Origin: an uncultured Actinomycetes bacterium
Lineage (GTDB): Bacteria > Actinomycetota > UBA4738 > HRBIN12
DNA: 64,000 nt
Direction: 5' to 3'
NCBI GenBank assembly: GCA_963765865.1
Contig: CAVXYE010000004.1
Span: 268,117-332,116, forward strand
In this document: positions 28,774-38,333 of the stretch, piece after piece
How positions within the stretch are numbered: position 1 is the stretch's first letter
Layout: the number at the start of each line of letters is the position of its first letter
Program-made: the position numbers and the translations under genes
The notes under the pieces: model-generated
What the model was told of the DNA's origin: nothing
Seen by the model: the letters and a program-made list of their open reading frames with translations, nothing else
Databases searched by the model: none

Positions 28774-30255
28774 ATGCAGCAGGCACCCGGCCCGTACCTC
28801 CGGCCTGCATCGCCGCGCGGTCCGACGCGTCGACAGCTCGCCTGGCGTCGGGCAAGTGCAGCCGTGTTCGTGGTTGCGTTCCTCGTCGCCGCCTGGCAGT
28901 TCTGGCCGTCGAGCGGTGGCGCAACGAGCGCGCGGAAGAGCCGTTCGCCGACGACCGCGAGCCCGGGCCCCTCGAGTCCGACCCCGGCGCAGGTCGGCCC
29001 CGACAGCCCGATCAAGCACGTGATCTTCCTGGTCAAGGAGAACCATTCGTTCGACAACTACTTCGGCAAGTATCCGGGCGCCGACGGCGCGACCGTCGGC
29101 AAGACGCTGCAATGCGACAACAACCTGGCGCCGGGACCGACCGTCCCGCTCACCCCGGCGCCGTACGTCTACCCCCACGACCTCGGACACGCGTTCGATC
29201 CCGGGTTGATCTCGATCGACGGCGGCAAGATGGATGGGTTCAACTGCGTGACGCTGGGTGACGATCTCACGGGCTACACGCAGTTCGACCGGAGCACGTT
29301 GCCGGTGTACTGGGCCCTGGCCGATCGCTTCGTGCTGGCGGACCACTTCTTCACCTCGATGTTCGGACCGACGTTCCCCGAGCACCTGTACACGGTCGCG
29401 GCACAGTCGTACGGGATCGTCGACAACAAGTCGACGACCGATCATCCCGGCAATTACTGCGACGATCCGACGGAATACACGAAGCGGTTCCCGATCGAGA
29501 AGCTCTCGCAGAACGACATCAACACCATCATGGATCTGGAGGATCACCGGGACGACGATCCTTCGAGCTTGTTCAAGATCGCGCAGTACTGGGTCGACAC
29601 CCGCACCTGTGTGAACATCAAGACCCTCCCCGACGAGCTGGAGCAGGCCGGCATCACGTGGAAGTACTACGCCAACCCCGACGTGTGGATGAACGCGCTT
29701 CAGGCGATCCGCCACATCCGGAACGGTCCGCTCTGGAGCAAGGTGCAACCGCCGGACACGATCCTGCAGGATCTCCAGAACGACTCGCTCCCGGCCGTGT
29801 CCTGGCTGATCCCCCCCGAGGGGAATCCGAACGAGCATCCGGGCGCAGGCGTCAACATCTGCGAGGGTGAGAACTGGACCGTCCAGTACCTGAACGCGAT
29901 CTTCCAGAGCGATGCGTGGCCGAGTACGGCCATCGTGATCGTGTGGGACGACTTCGGCGGGTTCTACGACCATGTGAAGCCGCCGCACTACGACATCATG
30001 GGCCTCGGTCCGCGCACGCCCGCGCTGATCATCTCCCCGTACACGCGCGCCGGCGAGAACCCGGCCGGCGGCTCGATCGATCCCACCGTCTACGAGTTCT
30101 CCTCGGTGTTGCGGTTCGTCGAGGACCTCCACGGGCTCAAGCCGCTGACCGATCGCGATGCCCAGGCGTCGCCGCTCGCCGGCGCCTTCGATTTCTCTCG
30201 GCCACCACGACTCGGCACCCCGAACCTCCAAGAGCGCACCTGCCCGTCCTCGTGA
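28774..30255 (+). CDS. phosphoesterase-family protein (non-haemolytic phospholipase C / AcpA acid-phosphatase-like), secreted
   Basis: PF04185-type signature IKHVIFLVKENHSFDNYFGKYPG. N-terminal RR-containing signal-anchor. Confidence 0.8.
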   Translation: MQQAPGPYLRPASPRGPTRRQLAWRRASAAVFVVAFLVAAWQFWPSSGGATSARKSRSPTTASPGPSSPTPAQVGPDSPIKHVIFLVKENHSFDNYFGKYPGADGATVGKTLQCDNNLAPGPTVPLTPAPYVYPHDLGHAFDPGLISIDGGKMDGFNCVTLGDDLTGYTQFDRSTLPVYWALADRFVLADHFFTSMFGPTFPEHLYTVAAQSYGIVDNKSTTDHPGNYCDDPTEYTKRFPIEKLSQNDINTIMDLEDHRDDDPSSLFKIAQYWVDTRTCVNIKTLPDELEQAGITWKYYANPDVWMNALQAIRHIRNGPLWSKVQPPDTILQDLQNDSLPAVSWLIPPEGNPNEHPGAGVNICEGENWTVQYLNAIFQSDAWPSTAIVIVWDDFGGFYDHVKPPHYDIMGLGPRTPALIISPYTRAGENPAGGSIDPTVYEFSSVLRFVEDLHGLKPLTDRDAQASPLAGAFDFSRPPRLGTPNLQERTCPSS

Positions 30256-30960
30256 ACCGGCGGTCCGTTGCCGTCGCGCTCCTGGCCGTGGCCCCCTTGA
30301 TGATCGCGGCGGCCGACCCACGGGGCGATGCGGTGGGATGCACGGGGGTTACGGGGGGCGGCCATCCGCCCGATCTCGTCCGCGCGATCGGCTGGCTCGG
30401 GGAAGAAGGCTCCTCCGCCGTCTGGCGGCTGTCCTTCGCCCGCCCGCTCGCGGTCCCCGACCTGGTGGAACCGGCGTTCCGGGTGGACATCCTGGTCCAC
30501 GACCCGACGATCCCGGCGCTCTCGTTCGACGACTACCGGCACGTCAACCGGATCGTGCGCTTCGACGCGACGGCGAAGGACGCGCCGCTCGCGCTCCTGT
30601 TCCTGCCCGAAGGTGGATCGGCGCCGTTCAACCCGCCGATCGTGGACGGACGCACCCTCACGATCCAGGTTCCGGGGAGGTTGCTGCTCGGGGAGGATCA
30701 GTTCGGCAAGGTCGATCTGACGCGTCTGCGATGGAGCGTGGTGGTGCGGGACGGAGGCCGCTGCGATCTGCTGGGCGATGGGGTCCCCACGTTGCGGATG
30801 GCGGCCGCCCCACCACCGACGTCATCGCCGACCGGAAGCGGCGTCCCGTCGGAAACGCCCGCCTCGTCGGGTTCGAACGTCGCTGTCGTTCGCGGTCGCG
30901 GTGATCGCCGTCGTGGTCCTGGCGATCCTGGGCCTGGTGGGGATCAGGCGTCGACGGTGA
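30253..30960 (+). pseudogene. secreted protein with P/S/T-rich linker and C-terminal TM anchor, apparent frameshift ~30870
   Basis: Signal peptide VNRRSVAVALLAVAPLMIAAA plus a globular region in frame 0. The C-terminal SLSFAVAVIAVVVLAILGLVGIRRRR* lies in frame 1 (high GC3) ending at 30960. Frame 0 beyond ~30870 has low GC3. Confidence 0.4.
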
Positions 30961-32491
30961 TGCCCTGTTCCAGCTGGAGCTCGCTCAGGAGTTCGTCCAC
31001 GCCCGCGGCGATCTTCGCACGCCACCACTGCTGTCCCTCATCGTCCAACGTGTAGATGGGGTCGTAATAGTGGTACCGGCGCGTGAGCGCCTCCGGGTCG
31101 TCGGCTTCGATCCCCGTGCGGTAGTTCTTCCGCCAGTACGAGATGCCTCGCGTGTGATCGTAGTCATCGGTCATGTGCACCCAACGCTTGCCCACGAACG
31201 GGACGTCGCAGACGAAGCGCGGGGTGGCGAACCCGGGGAGGTACCCGATGATCGAGTGCTGGAGCTCCTGCGCTTCACGGACCGCGAGCCGCCAGTGCTC
31301 GGCGTTCGGGATCATGTCGCACATGTAGAAGTAGTAGGGGAGGATCTTGCCGTAGTCCAGGAGCGTGAAGCAGAGCTCGAGCAGCTGGGCCGGCGTGGTG
31401 TTGACCCCGCGCAGCAGGACGCCCTGGTTCCGAACATCGCGGTACCCCATGTCGAGCAGTGCGCGAACGGCCTTCCCGACGAGCGGCGTCACCTGCTGGG
31501 CGGCGTTGACGTGCGTGTGGAAGGCGATGTCGACGTCGCGCTCCCGGGCGCGGGTCGCGATCGCCTCGTACGCCGCGAGGACGTCGTCCTGCAGGAAGTG
31601 CTGCGGGATGCCCATCAGCCCCTTCGTGGCGATCCGGATGTCCCGGATGTTCTCGATGTCCATCAGGTCGAACAGCCACGCTTGGAGGCGCTTCGCCGGG
31701 ACGTTCGCCATGTCGCCACCGGACACCACGACGTCACGGACCTGGGGGGTCGTGCGGAGGTAATCCAGCATCGCACCCCAGCGATCGTTCTGCTTCATCT
31801 CGAACTTGTACTTCAGGACCTGCAACGTGTCGTTGCCGACGAGGTCCATCCTCGTGCAGTGACCGCAGTACTGCGGGCACGTGGGGATCAGCTCGGCGAG
31901 GACCTTGGTGGGATAGCGATGCGTGAGCCCCTCGACGGCCCACATGTCGGCCTCGTGCAGCGAGTCGCGTGAGGCCATCGGGTGGCTCGGCCACTCCGGC
32001 TCGCGTTCGCTGTAGCCGGGGGCCATGTAGCGACGCACGGGGTCGGATCGAAGATCCTCCTCCCGCATCGTGTTGATCATCTGCGGGGGGATCAGCATGG
32101 ACATCGTCGCGCGCTCCTGCTGGTCGCGTTCGATGTCGCCGAGCAGCTCGTCGTCGAGGTGGTCGCCGAGGGCGTCTTTGAACTCCTTGAGGTTCTTCAC
32201 GGAGTGCGCCCGCTGCCATTGGGCGGACTCCCACTGCTCGGCCGTGACGTCCCGGTAGCCCGGGAGCCGGGTCCAGTCCGGCTCGACGAACGGACGCTCG
32301 AGCGGATACCGGAAGGGCTGCGTCGAGGCGTGGGCGTGGGGCTCGCGATGGCTGGGTCGAACGTTCGACGCCTGCGGATGGAACTCGACGGTCACTTCGG
32401 TCACCCCCTCGAGGATCGCCCTGCCGCGGTGAGGTAGATCGCGGTCTGAAGGGACGTTCAGCGGGAACAACCCATGATACCCGGCGAACAT
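30944..32491 (-). CDS. KamA-family radical SAM aminomutase (lysine 2,3-aminomutase-like)
   Basis: CPQYCGHCTRMD (CxxxCxxC) cluster motif, ...VRDVVVSGGD... PLP region and ...PYYFYMCDMIP... align with KamA. The N-terminal ~60-90 aa of the listed ORF may be over-extension. Confidence 0.8.
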   Translation of the reverse strand: MFAGYHGLFPLNVPSDRDLPHRGRAILEGVTEVTVEFHPQASNVRPSHREPHAHASTQPFRYPLERPFVEPDWTRLPGYRDVTAEQWESAQWQRAHSVKNLKEFKDALGDHLDDELLGDIERDQQERATMSMLIPPQMINTMREEDLRSDPVRRYMAPGYSEREPEWPSHPMASRDSLHEADMWAVEGLTHRYPTKVLAELIPTCPQYCGHCTRMDLVGNDTLQVLKYKFEMKQNDRWGAMLDYLRTTPQVRDVVVSGGDMANVPAKRLQAWLFDLMDIENIRDIRIATKGLMGIPQHFLQDDVLAAYEAIATRARERDVDIAFHTHVNAAQQVTPLVGKAVRALLDMGYRDVRNQGVLLRGVNTTPAQLLELCFTLLDYGKILPYYFYMCDMIPNAEHWRLAVREAQELQHSIIGYLPGFATPRFVCDVPFVGKRWVHMTDDYDHTRGISYWRKNYRTGIEADDPEALTRRYHYYDPIYTLDDEGQQWWRAKIAAGVDELLSELQLEQGITVDA

Positions 32492-32543
32492 CCGGTGAAC
32501 ACGCTGAGAAACCGAAGGATCTTCGGTGGAGGGTGAGGACGCG

Positions 32544-32822
32544 TCAGCGACGCCCGCGACCGCCGAAGTTCTGGCCGTCGCGCCGCGGCCGGCGTTGATC
32601 GCGGATCTCCGGGCCCTTCTTCGGCAGGCGAGCCTTCATCGGCGCATGTCCCGTCCGCTCGAACCGGACCTTGAGGTAGTCGGCGGTCAGGTTCCGCTCC
32701 GTCTCACGCCATCCGTTGGCGAGGAGGTGCTGCAGCCGCGCGGCTGCCGTCTTCCGCAGCTTGTCGGTGCCCGGGACCCGCACGTACAGGCGCTCGTGGA
32801 GGACTTCCTTGTAGTCGGACAT
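32544..32822 (-). CDS. hypothetical small protein upstream of the KamA-family gene
   Basis: 92 aa MSDYKEVLHERLYVRVPGTDKLRK... with a basic low-complexity tail. Same strand as the aminomutase. Confidence 0.35.
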   Translation of the reverse strand: MSDYKEVLHERLYVRVPGTDKLRKTAAARLQHLLANGWRETERNLTADYLKVRFERTGHAPMKARLPKKGPEIRDQRRPRRDGQNFGGRGRR

Positions 32823-32907
32823 GCTCGCGAAAGGGTAGCAGGCGACCCGAAGGGACCCTCCGGGGGACGACCTTCAGCCCCCGAACGGCCCTGCCGATGG
32901 TTCCTCC

Positions 32908-35175
32908 GTGAGCGGGGCCCAGACGAACGGGGGCGGCCCGGTCGCGCCCGTCGCCGGCCTCCTCGGCCGTCTGGCCGGAGGCGATTGGCAGACCGAGCTG
33001 GATGCGGCGCTTGCGGCCGTGGGCATCGCGCTGCGCGTCGATCGCTGCTACGTCTTCCAGAACCTGCGAGGACCCGACGGCCGATTGTGGATGGATCTGC
33101 GGGGCGAGTGGGACGCGCCCGACATCCGCCCGCTCTTCGCGGAACCGAAGAACCATCTGCATCCGTACTTCCCGGACTTCCAGCGGTGGATCGACGTGAT
33201 GAGCGACGCCCGCGAGATCAACGGACCCGTCCGTGAGTTCGAAGACGCCGCCCGGCGTGCCCTGGAGGCCGAGGGCACCGTCGTCACGTGGCAGGTCCCC
33301 GTCCTCGTGGGCGGCGAGTGGTGGGGGTTCGTGGGCATCGATCTCTGCTCCGAGCGGCCGCTCCAGCGATCCCACGGCGACGTGGTCCGTGCCGTCGCCG
33401 CCTCGCTCTCGGCTTCCGCGACCCGGCAGCGCGCGGACGAGGATGCGCGGCTGCGGGAGGACCTCTATCGCTCGATGATCGAACGCGGCCCCGCGATCAC
33501 CTACATCGACGGGATCGAGGAGAGCGCCCCCACGATCTTCATGAGTCCCCAGGTGACCGAGCTCCTCGGCTACACCCCGGAGGAATGGATCGCGGACCCG
33601 GAGATGTGGCCTCGGTTGCTCCACCCCGACGACCGGTCGCGGGCCCTGGCGGAGAACGCTCGCCACAACGAGACGGGCGAGCCTTTCCGTCTGGAGTACC
33701 GGCTGTTCGCCAAGGACGGTCACGTGGTCTGGGTGCACGACGAGGCGATGATGGTCCGGGACGAGCGAGGCATGCCCCGGTACTCCCACGGCGTGATCAT
33801 GGACATCTCGGACCGCAAGCGGACCGAGGAGCTGGGAGCGTTCCAGGCGTACCACGACGAGCTGACCGGCTTGCCCTCACGCGCGATGTTCGAGGAGCTG
33901 CTCGAGCTCTCGGTCGGGCGGGCGAGGCGCCACGATGGGTCGGTCGCCGTCCTGAGCGTCGATCTCAACGAGTTCCGGCTCGTGAACGATTCGCTCGGGC
34001 ACCAGGCCGGCGACGCGCTCCTGTCGGCGGTCGCCGACCGGCTGCGCGACGCGACGCGTGAGACGGATCTGGTCGCACGCCGAGGCGGCGACCAGTTCCT
34101 CCTGTTGCTCGCCGACCTCGACCGCGATGACGGCGCGATCGACAGCGCCGTCATGCGGGCGCAGGTCGTCGCGCAGCGCATCCAGGACTCGTTGGCTGCG
34201 CCCTTCCGCGTCGACGGCACCGAGGTCTACGTCGCCGCGAGCATCGGCATCAGTCTGTTCCCCAACGACGCCGCCGACACGGGAACCTTGCTGCGGAACG
34301 CCGAGACCGCGATGTACGAGGCCAAGCGCAACGGCCGGTCGGGGTTCGTCCTGGCTCCCCGGAGCGCGCTCGACTCCTCGGCGAAGCTGGCGTTCGTCAC
34401 CCGGCTCCGCAAGGCCGTGGAGTTGCAACGATGGGTGCTGCACTACCAGCCGGTGGTCGACCTCGACAGCGGACGGATGCTGGGTGTCGAGGCGCTGATC
34501 CGGTGGGTCGAGCCCGACGGGACGATGGTTCCTCCGAACGACTTCATCCCACTCGCCGAGGAGCTCGGGCTGATCGAGCAGATCGGCGATTGGGTCGTGC
34601 GGGAGCTCACGTACCAGGTCCAGGCGTGGCGCGAGCTGGACATCGACCTCGAGGTCGGGTTCAACCTGTCCCCGCGGCAGTTCTGGCAGCCGGACCTCGC
34701 GATGCGGATCCAGCGCGAGTTCCGCGCGGGTGGCGTGGATCCGTCGAAGGTCCTCGTGGAGGTCACCGAGTCCTCCGCGATGATCGATCCCGACCGCGCG
34801 CAGGCGATCCTCCGGGAGCTCCACGACGCCGGGTTCGCGATCGCGATCGACGATTTCGGTACCGGGTATTCATCGCTCTCGCGGCTCCGCGACATGCCGG
34901 TGAAGGTGCTGAAGATCGACCGGTCGTTCGTCAGCGGCGTCCACGACGATCGGCAGGCCCGCTCGATCGTCAGCGCGTTCCTGGAGCTCGCGGACGGGCT
35001 CGACATCGTGACCCTCGCCGAGGGGATCGAGACGCTCGAAGAGCTCGAGTTCCTGCGGGAGCGAGGCTGCAAGCTCGGCCAGGGCTTCTACTTCTCACGG
35101 CCCGTTCCGCCGGAGGAGATCATCGCCCTCGCCCTCGGGGGCATCCCGACCGCCGCCGCCCTTCGCTCGGCGTAG
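32908..35175 (+). CDS. GAF/PAS sensor diguanylate cyclase-phosphodiesterase (GGDEF-EAL)
   Basis: 755 aa. GGDEF region ...LVARRGGDQFLLLLAD... EAL region ...EALIRW..., ...DDFGTGYSSLSRLRDMPVKVLKIDRSFV... Confidence 0.9.
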   Translation: MSGAQTNGGGPVAPVAGLLGRLAGGDWQTELDAALAAVGIALRVDRCYVFQNLRGPDGRLWMDLRGEWDAPDIRPLFAEPKNHLHPYFPDFQRWIDVMSDAREINGPVREFEDAARRALEAEGTVVTWQVPVLVGGEWWGFVGIDLCSERPLQRSHGDVVRAVAASLSASATRQRADEDARLREDLYRSMIERGPAITYIDGIEESAPTIFMSPQVTELLGYTPEEWIADPEMWPRLLHPDDRSRALAENARHNETGEPFRLEYRLFAKDGHVVWVHDEAMMVRDERGMPRYSHGVIMDISDRKRTEELGAFQAYHDELTGLPSRAMFEELLELSVGRARRHDGSVAVLSVDLNEFRLVNDSLGHQAGDALLSAVADRLRDATRETDLVARRGGDQFLLLLADLDRDDGAIDSAVMRAQVVAQRIQDSLAAPFRVDGTEVYVAASIGISLFPNDAADTGTLLRNAETAMYEAKRNGRSGFVLAPRSALDSSAKLAFVTRLRKAVELQRWVLHYQPVVDLDSGRMLGVEALIRWVEPDGTMVPPNDFIPLAEELGLIEQIGDWVVRELTYQVQAWRELDIDLEVGFNLSPRQFWQPDLAMRIQREFRAGGVDPSKVLVEVTESSAMIDPDRAQAILRELHDAGFAIAIDDFGTGYSSLSRLRDMPVKVLKIDRSFVSGVHDDRQARSIVSAFLELADGLDIVTLAEGIETLEELEFLRERGCKLGQGFYFSRPVPPEEIIALALGGIPTAAALRSA

Positions 35176-35192
35176 CCGCCTGCGTCCGAGCC

Positions 35193-37037
35193 CTAGCCCG
35201 ACAACGCGGCGCGGACCGATCGAGCGATCCCGTCGGCGTCGATGCCCGCCCACGCCCGCAGCTCCTCGGGCGTGGCGGAGCCCGGCAGGTCGGTGACGGC
35301 CAGCTTCACGATCCTCCCCTGGAGCGGTCCGGTCGCAGCGATCGCATCGAGGACGGCGTCGCCGAGCCCGCCTTCGATCCGGTGATCCTCGACCACGACG
35401 AGCACGTCCGTGTCCTCGAGGGCCGTCCGGATCGTTCGGGCGTCGATCGGCTTCACGCTGTAGCAGTCGAGCACGCGCGCGGAGATCCCCTCGCCGCCGA
35501 GGATGTCGTGCGCCGCCAGACAGGTGTGGACGGTGATGCCGGCGCCGATCAGCGTCACGACATCGTGGTCGGTGGCCGACAGCGTCTTCGATCCACCGAC
35601 CGGGAACTCCTCGTCGTGCGGGTAGAGGATCGGGGTGGCTTCCCGGGTCGTTCGCATGTACGAGATCCCCGGGAGATCGCTCATCGACGTCACCAGCTGC
35701 ACGGTGCTGTGACCGTCCGCCGGGTAGAGCACCGTTGAGCCGTTGATGGTCCGGAAGAAGGCGAGGTCCTCCAGCGCCATCTGCGAGGGACCGTCCTCAC
35801 CGATCGAGATCCCGGCGTGCGATCCGCAGAGCCGGAGGTCTGCTCGGCTGATCGCGCCCATCCGGATGTGGTCCGCAGCGCGGGTCCAGAACGCGCCGAA
35901 GGTTGCCGCGAAGGCGGTCTTCCCGAGCGCCTGCAGACCGGTCGCCGCGCCGAGCATGCATCCCTCGGCGATGTAGAGCTCCACGAACCGCTCCGGCGCC
36001 ACGGCCTCGACCTCGTCCGTGTAGGTCGAGTTGCCGACCTCGCCGTCGAGGACGACCAGGTCGGGCCAACGGCCGGCGAGCCAGGCGAGCGTGTCGCCGA
36101 ACGCCTTGCGCGTCGCGATCGGTCCGTCGTACACGGGCGCAGCCGCCGACGCCGCGTCCCGAACGACCTCCGTCGGCCGGAACTCCGGGGGAGACGGCGG
36201 CGTGACGCGGAGGTCGCTCCGCCCGCCGAGCTGATCGATCGCATCGTCGAGCTGATCGGCTGGCACGGCCTTGCCGTGCCAGCCCTCCTGGTTGGCGAGG
36301 AAGGAGACGCCGTGTCCCTTCTCCGTCCGAGCGACGATGAAGGTGGGATGGTCGTCGGCGATCGCGTCGCGGTAGGCGTGATCGATCTCAGCGACGTCGT
36401 GACCGTCGATCTCCGCGGCGTTCCAGCCGAACGCCTCGGCCCGGCGCCGGAACACGTCTCCGGCCCACCCGTGCATCGTCGGACCGCGCTGCCCGAGCCG
36501 GTTGAGGTCGAGGATCGCGGTGACGTTGCTCGCGCCGTGGAACGCGATCGCCTCCATCGCCTCCCAGACCGATCCCTCCGCCATCTCGGAGTCACCCAGG
36601 AGGACCCAGACCCGGGCGTCGCTGCCATCGAGCCGCATCGACAGCGCCATCCCGAGCCCGATCGCGAGCCCCTGGCCGAGGGAGCCGGTCGCCACATCGA
36701 CCCAGGGCAGCTCGGGGATCGGGGCCGGATGACCTTGGAGCGGCGAGCCCTGCTTGCGGAGGGTCAGGAGCTCGTCGTCGCCGAACGCGCCGATCCCCTT
36801 CAGCGTCGCGTACAGGCCGGGCGCGGCGTGGCCCTTCGACAGGATGAACCGGTCGTTCAAGGGGTAGTCGGGGTCCTTGACGTCGAACCGGAGGTGATCG
36901 GCGAACAGGACGGCCAGCAGGTGCGCGCAGGACATCGATGAGGTCGGGTGACCGGAACCCGCCGCGGTCGTGGCCCGCAGGCTGTCGACGGCGATCTGCG
37001 CGGCGAACCCGTTCCAGAGCTGAGCGCGATCTTCCAT
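35193..37037 (-). CDS. tkt: transketolase (single-polypeptide short form)
   Basis: 614 aa. TPP-binding ...SGHPTSSMSCAHLLAVLF...GSLGQGLAIGLGMA... and C-terminal transketolase pyrimidine-binding and C domains. The 1009-aa track ORF over-extends the N-terminus. Confidence 0.85.
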   Translation of the reverse strand: MEDRAQLWNGFAAQIAVDSLRATTAAGSGHPTSSMSCAHLLAVLFADHLRFDVKDPDYPLNDRFILSKGHAAPGLYATLKGIGAFGDDELLTLRKQGSPLQGHPAPIPELPWVDVATGSLGQGLAIGLGMALSMRLDGSDARVWVLLGDSEMAEGSVWEAMEAIAFHGASNVTAILDLNRLGQRGPTMHGWAGDVFRRRAEAFGWNAAEIDGHDVAEIDHAYRDAIADDHPTFIVARTEKGHGVSFLANQEGWHGKAVPADQLDDAIDQLGGRSDLRVTPPSPPEFRPTEVVRDAASAAAPVYDGPIATRKAFGDTLAWLAGRWPDLVVLDGEVGNSTYTDEVEAVAPERFVELYIAEGCMLGAATGLQALGKTAFAATFGAFWTRAADHIRMGAISRADLRLCGSHAGISIGEDGPSQMALEDLAFFRTINGSTVLYPADGHSTVQLVTSMSDLPGISYMRTTREATPILYPHDEEFPVGGSKTLSATDHDVVTLIGAGITVHTCLAAHDILGGEGISARVLDCYSVKPIDARTIRTALEDTDVLVVVEDHRIEGGLGDAVLDAIAATGPLQGRIVKLAVTDLPGSATPEELRAWAGIDADGIARSVRAALSG

Positions 37038-37124
37038 CGCTCCTCCTATCGGCGTCGAACGCACGGAGCCTACCGCTGTTGGCCGTTGGGGCTCGGGCTG
37101 CAACGGCCGCGGTAGCCTCTTCGT

Positions 37125-38327
37125 GTGAGCAGCGAACCGGTGGGCTTCCGCGACCTGGGTGTTTCCGACGAGGTCGTGCAAGCGCTCGCCAGTCGCGGGA
37201 TCCTGGCGCCGTTCCCGATCCAATCGATGGTGTGGGAGGACGCGCGCGCCGGGCGAGACACCCTCGCGCGCTCCAAGACCGGCTCGGGGAAGACGCTGGG
37301 GTTCGCGATCCCGATCGCCGAGCGGCTCGACCCCGACGCGCAGCCGTTGCCCGCGGCGCTCGTCCTGGTCCCGACCCGCGAGCTCGCCCAACAGGTGCGC
37401 GAGGACTTCGAGGTCGTCGCTGCCGCGAAGGGTCTTCGCGTGCAGGCGGTCTACGGCGGGACGCACGTCCGTGAGCAGGCGCGCGGCGTGGAGCGGTCCC
37501 ACGTGTTGATCGCGACGCCCGGCCGCCTGGACGATCTGGCCACGCGAGGGCTCGTCCGGCTCGACGGCATCAGCGTGCTCGTCCTGGACGAGGCCGACCG
37601 GATGCTGGACATGGGCTTCCAGCCACAGGTCGACCGGATCGTGCGCCGCCTGCCGAAGGACCGGCAGACCATGTTCTTCTCCGCGACGCTCGACGGGGCC
37701 GTGGGGCGGATCGCCGAGGTGTACACGCGCAACCCGGTGCTCCACGAGGTCGCGGGGTACGACCGCGCCGTCGTCGAGGAGGCGGATCATCGCTTCATCT
37801 CCGTGCCGCCGCACGCCAAGCTCGCGAAGCTCGCCGAGCTCGCGACGGCGGAGGGCGGGCTCACGCTCGTGTTCGTCAACACGAAGCGAGCGGTCGACGA
37901 TCTGGCGCGGCGGCTGAAAGCGGAGGGCGTGCCGGCGCTGGCGCTCCACGGCGACATGCGACAGGAAGCGCGCGATCGCTCGCTCAAGCGGTTCGCCGAC
38001 GGTCACGTCGGCGTGCTGATCGCGACGGACGTGGCGGCGCGCGGGCTCGACCTGGACGACATCACGCTCGTCGTGAACTACGACGCGCCGCTGGACGACA
38101 AGTCGTACGTCCACCGCGTGGGGCGGACGGCGCGGGCCGGCCGGGCGGGGACCAGCGTCACGTTCGTGACGCCACAGCAACAAGGGGACATCTCGCGCAT
38201 GGCCGCTCGACTGGATCTCCACGCGGAGTTCGAGCTCGAGGGGATGAAGGTGGTGCCGCCCCGGACCGTGTTCAAAGGTGGTCCGAAGGGGAGGCGCAGT
38301 GCCTTCCGTCCGCCGAAGCGGACGTGA
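37125..38327 (+). CDS. DEAD-box ATP-dependent RNA helicase
   Basis: GTG start. Q-motif ...FPIQ..., motif I SKTGSGKT, PTRELA, motif II VLDEADRM (DEAD), SAT, HRVGRTARAG. Confidence 0.9.
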   Translation: MSSEPVGFRDLGVSDEVVQALASRGILAPFPIQSMVWEDARAGRDTLARSKTGSGKTLGFAIPIAERLDPDAQPLPAALVLVPTRELAQQVREDFEVVAAAKGLRVQAVYGGTHVREQARGVERSHVLIATPGRLDDLATRGLVRLDGISVLVLDEADRMLDMGFQPQVDRIVRRLPKDRQTMFFSATLDGAVGRIAEVYTRNPVLHEVAGYDRAVVEEADHRFISVPPHAKLAKLAELATAEGGLTLVFVNTKRAVDDLARRLKAEGVPALALHGDMRQEARDRSLKRFADGHVGVLIATDVAARGLDLDDITLVVNYDAPLDDKSYVHRVGRTARAGRAGTSVTFVTPQQQGDISRMAARLDLHAEFELEGMKVVPPRTVFKGGPKGRRSAFRPPKRT

Positions 38328-38333
38328 CCCGCC

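Noticed and set aside
32400-32543. Possible riboswitch or leader in front of the KamA-family gene
   Set aside because: The region is short and partly inside the upstream small ORF. No recognisable riboswitch consensus (e.g. lysine or SAM) seen by eye. Would need covariance-model scanning.
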